Translations under genes and position numbers: made by a program
Shown: piece after piece, positions 9,837 through 20,726 of the stretch
How the letters are laid out: each line of letters starts with the position of its first letter
Position numbering within the stretch: position 1 is the stretch's first letter
Notes under the pieces: generated by a model
What the model was told of the DNA's origin: nothing
Seen by the model: the letters and a program-made list of their open reading frames with translations, nothing else
Database searches by the model: none
DNA from: a virus
Taxonomy: Duplodnaviria; Caudoviricetes
Length of the DNA: 64,000 bases
IMG/VR virus record: IMGVR_UViG_3300024058_000001
Coordinates: 1-64,000 of that record
Direction: 5' to 3' (one strand)

Positions 9837-10211
9837 TTAAAGAAACCCATCGAATCCACCTCCCTCCTCGTCTTCTTCTTCTTTCTCATTATGATGTTTA
9901 AAATCCCACCATGCATTTATGCTATCTTCACTTATTTCAAATCCATCAAAATCCGCAGGTAAAATAAACGCATACTTAAAATCTTGGTATAAAGAATCCA
10001 CTTCTTTCTTTGGAAACTTCATATCTAATAAAATAGCTCTAGCTAAATCACTTGGCCCTGCTCCTGAGTAGCCCCATTCAAAAAAATCTGAACCATGCCT
10101 TTTTGTATTTTCTAGCATTCTAGTGTTTACACCAGTTAAATCTATTTCTTCTACTTCCACTATTGGTATCCCGTCTTTTCTATAACCTCTATATATTTTT
10201 ATCTTATTCAT
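9837..10211 (-). CDS. DUF6166-like phage protein
   Basis: FEWGYSGAGPSDLARAIL and YQDFK motifs. Confidence 0.65.
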   Translation of the reverse strand: MNKIKIYRGYRKDGIPIVEVEEIDLTGVNTRMLENTKRHGSDFFEWGYSGAGPSDLARAILLDMKFPKKEVDSLYQDFKYAFILPADFDGFEISEDSINAWWDFKHHNEKEEEDEEGGGFDGFL

Positions 10212-10527
10212 TTCTTTTGTATAGTATATGATATATCGAAATCTTTAAATGCCAAAATCATAAGAAGTAAAAATTCAGGTTGACCCCATAATGTAACCCC
10301 ACAGTAAATCCAAAAGGGTATCATAGCTATGGCAAATAGATTAATTATTATTCTAGTAGAATGCATACTATCCTCCAATCATTTTTAATATACTTGCATA
10401 AAAATAAGCAATGAAACAATAAAACCTAAAACTACAAATACTGTACAAACTATACTACATGTTGTCCGATTCTAATAATTCGGGAAATCGTACCCGTATA
10501 ATAAACTCATACCAAGTTTCTTTACAC

Positions 10528-10806
10528 TTAAACATCGCCATTACGCTTTATAGCCTCGTCTTCATACGGAGTAACAACTCGTCGTACTAACTCTAAAATA
10601 GTCAATAACAAAGTACCTACTACTAGAGCTAATCTCCAATATTTGATACCCTTCTTTTCAATAAACTTTTTGCATATAACATGGTTCTGATAATTAATTG
10701 CTCCTGCAAAATCTTCGTCTTTAAGAGAAGCAAAATAACGTGCTGTATGTTTTAAATCCGTTGTTTCTTCTATTTCCCATCTAAAAGATTCTGGCAAATA
10801 CGGCAT
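10528..10806 (-). CDS. Conserved phage protein (DUF6899-like)
   Basis: MPY start, GAINY, ELVRR...PYED..I.RNGDV end. Confidence 0.55.
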   Translation of the reverse strand: MPYLPESFRWEIEETTDLKHTARYFASLKDEDFAGAINYQNHVICKKFIEKKGIKYWRLALVVGTLLLTILELVRRVVTPYEDEAIKRNGDV

Positions 10807-10817
10807 AATAGTTCCTC

Positions 10818-11291
10818 CTAATAAGTTCTCTTGTTTTTTAATTTACTAAACTCGTCAAATAACTCTTGGCATTCAACTTCTCGTAATCCACCCTTAAGCT
10901 TCATATGGCTACGACCTAACACTCGCATTTTCTGATTAGAGATATCTAATTCAATAAAGCCTACCTTTTTTGCATCAGCCAAAGAAACACCATAATAAAT
11001 CTTAGATATCTTAGACCAATGACACGCAGTAAAACACATAGGGCAAGGTTCACATGTTGAATAAATAACACAACCTTTAAGGTTTACTGTTTTAAGTTTC
11101 TTACATGCTTTTCTTATCGCGTTAACTTCTCCATGCGCGGTAATGTCTGTATCTTTCCAAACTACGTTATGTGCGGATACAACAACTTTATTGTTTTTTA
11201 CTATACATGCTCCAAAAGGCATTTGTCCTTTTTTCATACCTTCACGTGCTTTATCAATTGCAAGATTCATAAAGTGTTTATGCTGTAACAT
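10818..11291 (-). CDS. guaD: Nucleoside/nucleobase deaminase, guanine-deaminase (GuaD)-like
   Basis: PFGA, D.TAHGE..AIR.AC, EPCPMC, C-terminal Tyr typical of CDA-fold guanine deaminases. Confidence 0.75.
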   Translation of the reverse strand: MLQHKHFMNLAIDKAREGMKKGQMPFGACIVKNNKVVVSAHNVVWKDTDITAHGEVNAIRKACKKLKTVNLKGCVIYSTCEPCPMCFTACHWSKISKIYYGVSLADAKKVGFIELDISNQKMRVLGRSHMKLKGGLREVECQELFDEFSKLKNKRTY

Positions 11292-11293
11292 AT

Positions 11294-11548
11294 TTATTTA
11301 TCCTTTTTCTCTAATGATTCTATTCTTTTAACTAATATTTTAATTGTTCCATCTAATACATCTATTACTTTTTCTAATATTTCTCTTTTTTCTCTTTCAT
11401 CTTTAAGCATTCTAGCTAAGTCTCCTGTTTCGCTAAGAATCTTTAAACTAAAATTTTCGTCATGCTGTACAACTTCAGCAAGATGCTTAAGCATATCTTT
11501 TGTACTTTGTTCTTTCCTTACTTTTCTAGCTCTTAATTTTTTATGCAT
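11294..11548 (-). CDS. Hypothetical coiled-coil protein
   Basis: ORF in operon context. Confidence 0.5.
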   Translation of the reverse strand: MHKKLRARKVRKEQSTKDMLKHLAEVVQHDENFSLKILSETGDLARMLKDEREKREILEKVIDVLDGTIKILVKRIESLEKKDK

Positions 11549-12062
11549 TTAAACTATCCTTATCTTTAGAAAATTTGCTCCATAAATCATCCATAGATAA
11601 CATTCCAAATCCATTAACTAAACTATTGCCCCGTGTTCTCCATAAAACTCCAAACAATCTCTTAGGACGCGAAGCATCTTTAAGTTGAACATATTGTTCA
11701 ATAACTTCGTATCTTAATTCATCAGCAGAAATAATCCCATTCTTTGCCATAAATACTAACAACTTTATATTATCTCCTGTTTGCTTGGCTTCTTCTGTTT
11801 GTGCCATATTCACACCACCGAATAAACTGTAAACCGAAGATGCACGTTGCCCTGATTGAGCTACAGTATCAGGCGCATGTAAAACATAACTATCGCCTAT
11901 ACTTGCGCTACCTCCACCGCCACCTGTAGCCGTTGACGATGAATCTGTACTAGCTTGGTTAACTGTTCCAGTATTATTGTTTCCTACTGAAGTCGTAGCA
12001 CCATAGGCTAAAGATGTAATTAATCCAATTATAATTATTACAGATAAGATTATTCGTCTCAT
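11541..12062 (-). CDS. Exported protein with signal peptide and low-complexity S/T/G linker
   Basis: MRR + hydrophobic stretch + AYG cleavage-like site; directly downstream of promoter. Confidence 0.65.
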   Translation of the reverse strand: MRRIILSVIIIIGLITSLAYGATTSVGNNNTGTVNQASTDSSSTATGGGGGSASIGDSYVLHAPDTVAQSGQRASSVYSLFGGVNMAQTEEAKQTGDNIKLLVFMAKNGIISADELRYEVIEQYVQLKDASRPKRLFGVLWRTRGNSLVNGFGMLSMDDLWSKFSKDKDSLNA

Positions 12063-12098
12063 TGTATTTATACTCCTTTTATTTCTTTCTATACCTTA

Positions 12099-12127
12099 AT
12101 TGTACCACATAAGAGGATAGAAGTCAA
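12099..12127 (-). promoter_or_regulatory. sigma70-type promoter
   Basis: TTGACT-17-TACAAT with TG extension. Confidence 0.75.
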
Positions 12128-12184
12128 GTAAAAACTTAATATTTTGTAATTCATTATCTCATATAGACTTACAAAGTATAACCC

Positions 12185-12613
12185 TTATTTTATAAACTTT
12201 ACTTTGTCCCATTTTCCACAACAAGGACATAAAGGATTAGGAAATCCATGTGCTTGTTCGTCTACAGGCGACCATGAAGATACAAATGCCAATCCGCAAC
12301 ATCCACATTGCCATGTCATATTACTACTATTTGGAATAACAAAATCAGTAGTAGAATTTGCAGCATTAATAAAATGTGTATTATTAGGATCAAACTTATC
12401 AGTAATAGGATCTTCTTCTTTAAATTCATTTGGAGCCATCGTGTCATGGTATGCATTCGTACATGAATTAAAAAATTCCCAAAACTTTTTAGTCCCCATT
12501 ATACTAAACAAATCGTGCATGTCTTTAACGTCTTCTGTAGTAATCTTTGGCAATTGACGTTGAAGATATGCACTTTCTTTAAGTTCTCTTGGTTTTCTCA
12601 TTATCGCCTCCAT
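12185..12613 (-). CDS. Hypothetical protein with C-terminal zinc ribbon
   Basis: CGCC...CPCC. Confidence 0.5.
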   Translation of the reverse strand: MEAIMRKPRELKESAYLQRQLPKITTEDVKDMHDLFSIMGTKKFWEFFNSCTNAYHDTMAPNEFKEEDPITDKFDPNNTHFINAANSTTDFVIPNSSNMTWQCGCCGLAFVSSWSPVDEQAHGFPNPLCPCCGKWDKVKFIK

Positions 12614-12784
12614 TGCGAAATTTTTTTCTAATGTTTAAACTTTGCAATATAATATTATGATACTCTATATCTTCTTTGGTTAAAGTTCCTTTTTTAAACT
12701 TTTGTCTAATATCCCCATACAACATAACCATTGTATACAAATCTTTTTGTGCCTTCTTATAACGTAATATTAATAATCTTTGTT

Positions 12785-13420
12785 CTAACATAGATCTATT
12801 ACCGTTGCTTTCTCCGTTAGCACATAATATTCGTCTAACACTCCTACATTGTAAAACCAAACACCATGTTTAAATTGAGTATCTTTTTGTTCGTGTATAT
12901 GACCAAATAAATGCACCTTCGGCTTAACACGGTTAATTGCCTGCATTAAATCCCAACAACCCACATGTTCCCCTTTGTTTCCAGAAGGTAAACTAGGAAC
13001 ATCCATAATTCCCTGTGGAGGGCCATGTGTAATCAATACGTCAGTTTCATCTGGTATCATATCCCAATATTGTTTAATGTCGTCACCTCGATCTGCCATA
13101 AAATGCCAATCATTAAATGTCGGAGTAATAGGTGAACCCCAAAATTTAACTCCGTCTATAATATATTGTTCATTCTCTAAATACTTGGCATTTGTTAACA
13201 TTGCCTGTACTAAGTTATAATTACCCACTAGGAAACTATCATGGTTTCCACCAATTACTAACTTATGTTTATGGGGTAATTTTCCTAACCATCCATTAAA
13301 CATCGATAGACCACTAGCATCATACACATCAATATCACCTGCATGGATAAAAACATCTCCATCAGGTATATCCATTTTAAGATATTCTAAATGTGTATCT
13401 GATATAGCTACAATCTTCAT
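12785..13420 (-). CDS. Metallophosphoesterase (calcineurin-like)
   Basis: SDTH, HAGD, GNHD, THGPP, FGHIHE. Confidence 0.92.
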   Translation of the reverse strand: MKIVAISDTHLEYLKMDIPDGDVFIHAGDIDVYDASGLSMFNGWLGKLPHKHKLVIGGNHDSFLVGNYNLVQAMLTNAKYLENEQYIIDGVKFWGSPITPTFNDWHFMADRGDDIKQYWDMIPDETDVLITHGPPQGIMDVPSLPSGNKGEHVGCWDLMQAINRVKPKVHLFGHIHEQKDTQFKHGVWFYNVGVLDEYYVLTEKATVIDLC

Positions 13421-13948
13421 TTCTTACTCCTATGTTCTTCAAGAAAATCTGATATTTCTTCCCTAATTTTAAAATACAACGCTTCAAATACTTCTGCTCC
13501 GATTTCTCTAACAAGTCTAACCAATTCTTCTTGAGATTCCTTATCTTTTTTCATGTTAATCTCTCCCTTCCTCGTTATATTGTAAAGTTCCTTCTGGTAC
13601 ATATCCTGCTCCCAATATTGCCTGATTTACTAAAGTTAACAGTTCATGCAAATCAATATGATCGCCTTCGGTTTCAACAGTGGACTTAGTACCTCCTATT
13701 TCGATTGTTATCTTTGTCATAAAACCTCTCCTTTTTGCGAACCGTTTTTTTAACACTCCCTCGGCGGTTCTATACGTAATACATACGCCGATTACTTAGG
13801 TTTTACATGTTCCATGATATTTTTTAATTCTTCCCATTGTATAACCACCATATCAATAAGACTACTCTTAGAACATAATTCAAGATTCTTAATAAATTCC
13901 TCTTTAGTCATATATTCCTCCGTTTTTCTGTATACGCCGAATTGCTTA

Positions 13949-14362
13949 CTATCCTACGTTTGTTCTTGCGCCATCATCCCATTGCTTGCTATCTAGACCA
14001 AGATATTGGCATATCTTCTCTAATTGTGGTTTACCGTAATACTCATACTTTCCTAAAGACTTAGCCAATTCTTCTTGGCCGTTTAACCAAAGCCATGCCA
14101 TATAATGACTCAATGACCTAGACGCAGAAAGTCCTCTACAATCGTTTGCTTTTTCCCATGCAAAATCCATATAATCAATCATAACAGATTTTACATCTTC
14201 CAACTTATGCGGTTTCCAATCCTCTTTCTTAGTATCATCATTTAAGTACGGCTTTGCATGTTCGTAATCCATAAACATCACATATTCCTCAACCTCTTGA
14301 CCAAAGAGGTCGTTGTCTTTTCTTTCTTCATACCTAGCTACTATTTCATCTTGAGTTCGCAT
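13949..14362 (-). CDS. Hypothetical phage protein
   Basis: 137-aa ORF with good RBS (AAGGAG). Confidence 0.6.
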   Translation of the reverse strand: MRTQDEIVARYEERKDNDLFGQEVEEYVMFMDYEHAKPYLNDDTKKEDWKPHKLEDVKSVMIDYMDFAWEKANDCRGLSASRSLSHYMAWLWLNGQEELAKSLGKYEYYGKPQLEKICQYLGLDSKQWDDGARTNVG

Positions 14363-14386
14363 TTTTTATCTCCTTTATTTTGTTTT

Positions 14387-14719
14387 TCATAGTTTACTTC
14401 CCACCGTAATCTTAACAATTTTTTCTCTAAACTCACAGCCTCTTTCAAGCTTAGGAAAGAAATCTTTAATATATTTAGAAGGTAACTCAATACATGGATT
14501 ATTAGTAAGATATAAATAAAGATGCTTACTACGATGTTTGCCTACTCCATGTGCCATAAACTTTAAAACTGCTTGTATGCTTATTTTTACATCTGTACCA
14601 TCACGCCTCGTACCAGTTCGTGGTAGACCTTCCACCTTACATTTTGGACAACACCAAACTACTTCGCCGTCTTCACCATAATCTCGATCTAAGTTATTAC
14701 TGCAACCTGGACACTTCAT
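14387..14719 (-). CDS. Zinc-ribbon protein
   Basis: MKCPGC...CPKC. Confidence 0.55.
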   Translation of the reverse strand: MKCPGCSNNLDRDYGEDGEVVWCCPKCKVEGLPRTGTRRDGTDVKISIQAVLKFMAHGVGKHRSKHLYLYLTNNPCIELPSKYIKDFFPKLERGCEFREKIVKITVGSKL

Positions 14720-14742
14720 AGCTTCACTCTCCTTTTATAATT

Positions 14743-14813
14743 GGAGATAGCAAGGGATGGCTTCTAATGAAGTCGCCCCATAGGACGATTATCAAACACC
14801 CGATGCTATCTCC
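14743..14813 (-). ncRNA. Putative structured intergenic RNA element
   Basis: 10-bp perfect outer stem GGAGATAGCA/TGCTATCTCC enclosing two small hairpins; GC-rich island in AT-rich DNA. Confidence 0.4.
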
Positions 14814-14824
14814 GCAAACTGTTT

Positions 14825-15214
14825 TCATAATTTTACGATTCCGTTTACTAGCAAGTGAGCATACATAGTCGCTCTTGCATCAGCCTCGGTATCAAAGTCA
14901 TCAAAGATAAGCTCTTTCTTCTGTACCCAACCACCATGATCTTCTTCACCAGCGTCATTGTACCACTTGTACCCTATGCGATATGTCCTGTATCCCGCAG
15001 GTAGTAATTCTCCAAGTTCCGCTACAGTAAAAAGAGAAACATAATTAACTTCGTAACGTTTCCCTTGTACATAAACATATGTAGATTTTCTATCTATATG
15101 ATATACCCAACGTTTTTCTGGAACACTCCAATACCACATACTTTCTTGTGGCACTCCAAGTTTTTTTAATTGTTCACCTAGTATAGAATCACATAACTGA
15201 TCTCGTAAATTCAT
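14825..15214 (-). CDS. Hypothetical phage protein
   Basis: LKKLGVPQES and FTVAELGELLP, a recurrent phage protein pattern. Confidence 0.6.
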   Translation of the reverse strand: MNLRDQLCDSILGEQLKKLGVPQESMWYWSVPEKRWVYHIDRKSTYVYVQGKRYEVNYVSLFTVAELGELLPAGYRTYRIGYKWYNDAGEEDHGGWVQKKELIFDDFDTEADARATMYAHLLVNGIVKL

Positions 15215-15442
15215 TATGTCATACCTCCATGATTTCTCAATTCTTTAATACTTGTAATAATCGACGTTGGATCAGTTCCTGGTGTCTCCCAAAACAATTC
15301 CTCTGCTTCTTTTTTTGTGAAAGCAAGCCATATTTCGTCGTGTTCTTCTTCGGGTATCCTATATGTTATTTCCCATTCTTTTACTTTTTTCTTTTTCATA
15401 ATCTCTCCTTTATTGTTAGTGTACCCCCACCAGCCATTTTAG

Positions 15443-15901
15443 TTAAATACAAATTCCCCATCCGCAGTACTCAGTCACAATTATTTGACTACTTGTATAG
15501 ATAGTCTCGGTAAACTCTGGCTCATATGTCCATCTTGTAGCCCCATTTACTTCTTGCGTCTGAAAATTATACGATACTATTATCTGATCTTGTGCGCCTA
15601 AAGTTGGCGATATATATGTAACTCGATAGTCTTCATACGAATTGCCCTGACTACCAATTCTCCAATCAGTTAAATCTAATATTTCTTCCACTATGTCTAC
15701 CTTAGTAACACTCCCATCCTGCCAAAGTATTTGTTGATTATTACCAATCGATTTTACCAACCAATGACTACCTTTTCGATGGCCCTCGTTCTGGACTTGA
15801 TGAAAATTAGTACTAGGATCACCTTTAGTCGTATCAGCAAACACCATTGGATTGACTAGCATACTTGCAACTATCATGCAGACCAACATTTTTTTAATCA
15901 T
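15443..15901 (-). CDS. Exported protein with signal peptide
   Basis: MIKK + hydrophobic core + VFA-D; starts 1 nt after the pilin stop. Confidence 0.65.
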   Translation of the reverse strand: MIKKMLVCMIVASMLVNPMVFADTTKGDPSTNFHQVQNEGHRKGSHWLVKSIGNNQQILWQDGSVTKVDIVEEILDLTDWRIGSQGNSYEDYRVTYISPTLGAQDQIIVSYNFQTQEVNGATRWTYEPEFTETIYTSSQIIVTEYCGWGICI

Positions 15902-15902
15902 T

Positions 15903-16184
15903 TTATCCCCCTATGTTTGGATTTAACTTATATTTTTGTGCTATGTTCTTAACGCCTACATAGTCTTCTAGCTGTATTATATCCGTAGGAAATTCACCAT
16001 TTAGGCCGTAGTACATTACAATCGCTGTATTGATAGATAATAATTCCGATTTAGTTTTTGTAGATTGTGCATCCTCTCGCATTCTATTGGCAATCGGAAC
16101 ACTTATTGCTAAAAGTACTCCAATGATAGACACTACAATCGTAATCTCTGTTAAAGTAAATCCTTTATTGTCCTGTTTCTTCAT
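15903..16184 (-). CDS. Type IV pilin / GspG-like pseudopilin
   Basis: Class III signal KG-FTLTE + hydrophobic helix to ISVP, then EL..I..AI.MY....G.FP..I..L; start at ATG 16184 with GAGG RBS. Confidence 0.85.
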   Translation of the reverse strand: MKKQDNKGFTLTEITIVVSIIGVLLAISVPIANRMREDAQSTKTKSELLSINTAIVMYYGLNGEFPTDIIQLEDYVGVKNIAQKYKLNPNIGG

Positions 16185-16345
16185 CAAATTCTTCCTCTGG
16201 AATATCACTATTGTTAATTACAAGATATTCTCCTTTTCTTTTTTCTTCGTCTTCATGAGGGTAGAATGTCCAGGTATCTTTACAATCAGGACATTGTACA
16301 TCTTCTATTCCATCACCTTCTAATTCTCTACCGCAACAGATCATA

Positions 16346-16810
16346 CTAAACATTTCTGTACTCCCATATATTTGAAAAATCAATTACCTCATTTAGAACA
16401 AATTTTAACTGATTAATATCCATATTTATATTCATACTCATATCTTTCTCTAGCTTCTCAGGTAATGAATGTTTAAATAGTTTTAATAGTATTGTCATTC
16501 TATCTATTATTTTATCATAATCATGCAAAGCACCATCTGCTGCATTAGTAAATTTCCAACAAAAATTTATTAATGTACGTTTAGACAATTTTTTAAAATT
16601 GTCGTCGGTAGTCATTGTCATAATATGACCTAATGTATCTCGTTTCACGGCTATAGAATATTTTGTACATTTTATACAATTTATAAGGTGGGCTGTTACA
16701 AAATCAGAAAAAGTTTCGTTTATTGGTTTACCTATCCCTATACTAGTTTCCCACCATTCAGATAATGAATTTCTTACTAAAGTACAATTTTTAGATTCTG
16801 AATTATCCAT
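16346..16810 (-). CDS. Protein with N-terminal ZAS/zf-HC2-like motif
   Basis: C9-x31-HLINCIKC; spacing longer than canonical. Confidence 0.45.
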   Translation of the reverse strand: MDNSESKNCTLVRNSLSEWWETSIGIGKPINETFSDFVTAHLINCIKCTKYSIAVKRDTLGHIMTMTTDDNFKKLSKRTLINFCWKFTNAADGALHDYDKIIDRMTILLKLFKHSLPEKLEKDMSMNINMDINQLKFVLNEVIDFSNIWEYRNV

Positions 16811-17222
16811 TATTCTTTTTCCTTATCTCTTAGTTTTTTTACAATATTCTTTATCGGACACACACAATTAAAATCAGGTCTATCAGAAACGTCTTCAAAA
16901 CAAGCTTTGTAGTGTAACTCTGGTATTTCATTTAAAACTGCTACTTTTATATCAGTAACCATTTTAATCATTTTGTCCATTGTTTTATTTTCCTTTCACT
17001 ATAGTGCATTGTAATACTTCCATTTGGTTTATTACAGTTCCTTTTCCTTTGCATTCTAAACAAGTTTTTGTTACGTTCTTGTAATACTTTGTTACTTTAT
17101 CTCCTCGACATCTCGGACAAAGAATTTTAATTATTAATTTAATCATATGGTTTTAAATCTCCCAACTGTATAATATTTTATTAAATAAATAAATGTTTTC
17201 ATTGTTTTTTACCTCTATATAT

Positions 17223-17251
17223 AGAATAACATATTTGACTACTCTTGTCAA
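17223..17251 (-). promoter_or_regulatory. sigma70-type promoter
   Basis: TTGACA-17-TATTCT with TG extension. Confidence 0.7.
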
Positions 17252-17254
17252 TAG

Positions 17255-17620
17255 CACATCTAAAAAAATCTATAATAGTATATATAGTACTATAGCTATA
17301 CATAACTATAGTATTATTAATATAAGATATTCTTATATGTCTTACTGTAGGTATGTAATGTAGGATATTATTATAGTAGTTATTAACTACTTTAATAACG
17401 TAAATTATTAACTGAGTACACGTACCAGGGACAATACTATGGACAATACTGTGTGCCCTATAGTGTGCCCAGTAGCTATAGCTATAGATATAGCTATATA
17501 ATGTGCTAATATCGCTAAAAAGCCCTGTAAGGCCCTTTTGGTAGGGGTCAAAGGGGTAGACCCTACCAAGGGTACCCAAGCCCCACAGGGCGTGACTGTG
17601 TGCAAAGTCTATGTATGAGA
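17255..17620. other. Non-coding origin-like tract
   Basis: Very AT-rich TATA/TAG-rich block, direct repeats GGACAATACT x2, GTGTGCCC x2, TAGCTATA x3, then GC-rich inverted repeats. Confidence 0.45.
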
Positions 17621-17809
17621 AATGGCACTTTTGTGATAATCTAGTAATCTTCATGGCTCAGATTGCTCGTATTTAGTTTTTTGGTGAAATATGCTAGATA
17701 ATACTTATATGCACAGTTACCACACATAAATTCATTGTTGATCGCATACTTGCGATTACATTTTGTACAGTATACTCTTTTTCTTACTTTAGTTTTTCTT
17801 TTAAGTGTT

Positions 17810-20725
17810 TTAACCATTATCTTTATCCTCTAATTCTTTTATTGCTTCATTTAAAAGTTTCAAAGTCTTTTCTTGTATTTCTAATGGAACACAGTCATAA
17901 TCAGATAATACTTCTGTAAATATCAAAGATACTTTTTTAAATTTTTTGAGTACCTTAGTTATTACAGTATCTCTGTGTTTTAAGAAAATGTAATTTTTTT
18001 TCATTTATTTTACCACCTTTGTTCTAAGTGTCTCTCCGTTTAGTTCAAGTTCCCATTGTTTTAAAACTACCTTTGTTCCATCAGATTTTTTACCTGTTAA
18101 TACAACAATGCCTATTGTTGCAATTGGCCATTTAATTAGTTTTTTGTCAGTTGTGATTTCTACATCAACCAATATTTGTTTTCCAACTGGTTCATTTGTT
18201 ATTTGTCGATATCTCATGTTAGCCAATCCTTTCTACGACTTCTCTTGGATATTCATTATTACTAAAACGTTGTGTGCCGTAGCCGTCTAGCTTGCTATAA
18301 AGAATATCTGCAATGTAGTACAACCTATTCTTACGAATGTTAACTACAGATATTTGTACATCTGGCCATTTGTCAACTCCACTACCTACTGCTTCTATCG
18401 TTCTGATCCTATCTCTAATCTGGTCGTTAGTTATCATCTGGTTCACCTTTCCTTTCTAATTTAATGGTATCACATTTTTAAGAGTTTGTCAAGTGTTTAT
18501 CCAATTTTTTTTGTACATTACTAATTTGCAATTTATCTCTTTTGATATTTCTTTCTTCTTCTTCTTTAAAGAATTTTTGTAAATTGTGTATCTTTAACTG
18601 GTTTTCTTTTTTTGTTAATTTACGGCATTTTAAACTTGCCCCAATATAAATACAACCGTCGCCTCTTGATTCTATTACTAAATCATACTTAGTGGGATCG
18701 CCATGTATTGAAGCAATGTCTTTAATTATATTTTTACATTGTACACTAAATTTCCATATTTTAACTGTTTTAGTTTTTCTATTTAGCATGTTTACTGCGT
18801 AATAGCGCGACCCATGTATGTATCTGTATATTCCAACTACTCTAAATCTTTTTGTCCATTTGCGCTTGCGGTTTAACTTTAACAAGTTTCTAGTATTCAT
18901 TTTTTGTACCATCCTTTTTTAGATTTTGTTTTAGTCGTTACGTATGGTAACGTGCCCTACACCATACTTTTCAATGTAATACTTAAACCATCTGTTTGCA
19001 ATTGCTTGGTTGTGATATCTACCGATAAGTATTTCGTTACCAATAGTATCAATCTTAAAAATATCAAATGGTTTATTTTCAGTTTGTTGCATAGCCATGC
19101 TCCTTTCTTTCTATGTATTTTTCTTTTGCTAATTCAGAATATAAATCCATTATATCATCTCTATTATCAAATGGTTTGTTGTTTATATGCAAGTTAATTC
19201 CATTTAATATTTCTTGTCCTGCTTCTGTCTCATAAAAGTCATGGTCTTCATAGATTGTTTCGTCACCTTTTTTACATGCTGGACAATTAGGTGGTCGGTT
19301 TATACCTTGTATCGGCCCTGTGTATTTTGTACCACAATATTTATGTATCCAATGTTTCATCGTTTACCCCGTACTTTCTTCCATATTTTTCAAGATAAAT
19401 ATTGTCGCTATCTATAGAAGAATAATCATCTTCTATTACAGAACGTTCGTATTCAACTAGATCGTTCAATTCGTCTTCTTTACCAGTTTTTTTCACAGGG
19501 TTATTATTACTTTCAGTTATGTGGTAATAATCTGTTGTATTATCTTTATACTTCTGTTTTGTTTTCCATGTTCTCGTAGTTATGAATAATGCGTAAGCTC
19601 CTTCTGTAATTAGTGTTCGGAATCTTTCTTTAGCGTCATGTGAACACCCGAACGTTTCAGTTATTTGTGTTGAATCAATCATTAATCCCGATAAAAGATA
19701 TTGTCTTTTTGGATTCATAATTTATTTCCTGTCTGCCAATGTTATTGGCTTAATAGTTATTTTGTATTCAACTTCGTCTAATGTATCCGTTATACGACCC
19801 TCGATACCGTCAGCTAAATAATGTGTCTCACCTTCTTTAATTTGGCCATTAGTGTTTTTTAATAAAATACGAAGTAATTCTAAACAATGTGTCATGGCTA
19901 TATCCTTTCTGTTTGTACTTTGTTTAACAAGCTTGGTGATACACGCCATTTCGTAAAACCATCTACTGCAAGTAGTATAATGTTTTTTTGTCCGATCTTA
20001 GTAACCTTACCTTCAATCTTACCACGCTTACTATTAAACCAAACCTTATCGCCAATATGAAATTTGCTTTTAGTTTCAATGTTTCTAATATCTTGTAAAT
20101 CTTTCAATCGGTCAAAGATTTGGTTGTGAGCTTGTTTCAAAAAATCGTAATCAGCTTCTTCTAAAATTGTACTAAGATGGTTTTGTAGTGTCATTATTTG
20201 TCACCTTTCTTTTTAATACCGTAGTTACGATTAAATGTTCGATCCATTAGATAGTTATTAACCGCTTGATACAAAACTTCGGTATCGTTCATTTTTTGTA
20301 AATCTGTCCATTCCTGTAATGTTACATCATTTACTGTAGTTCGTTCTATCGGTAATTTAACAATATACTTTTTTTGTTTAACTGTTAGCTGTCTCATTTT
20401 GTTTATCTCCTAAATAGTCTAATAGACGCTTTTGATATTTATGTGGAACATCGTCTAATATTAATTGTTTAAGTTCGTTATTTTGGCATGTACAATGAAA
20501 AGGTGTTTTTAGGTATTCTGGTGCTAAATCACGATTCAACCCTCTAACTTTTCCAGACGCTACCATAAACGCTATTTCTTCAGCGCGATCTTGAACCGCA
20601 CCCATGCACCAAAGGTTATCATCTGGAAAACTTTTTGCTCTCTCCCCACGTTGCCATGATGTACTTTGTAATTCATCAGCTATCTTTTCTAAATATCTAA
20701 TAACGGAACAGTTCTGAATATTCAT
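17810..20725 (-). other. Cluster of about ten short hypothetical early genes (17810-18004, 18005-18226, 18219-18446, 18478-18912, 19079-19360, 19341-19718, 19722-19895, 19898-20194, 20194-20397, 20378-20725)
   Basis: Abutting/overlapping minus-strand ORFs with RBS; no recognisable families. Confidence 0.55.
18464..18492 (-). promoter_or_regulatory. sigma70-type promoter
   Basis: TTGACA-17-TACCAT with TG extension. Confidence 0.7.
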
Positions 20726-20726
20726 A

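Noticed and set aside
14743-14813. Hammerhead ribozyme or tRNA
   Set aside because: CTAATGA...GACGATT only loosely resembles the CUGAUGA/GAAA core; no tRNA D or T loops
17199-17654. 151-aa ORF
   Set aside because: Tyr/Ile/Ser-biased translation of a low-complexity repeat tract that crosses a promoter
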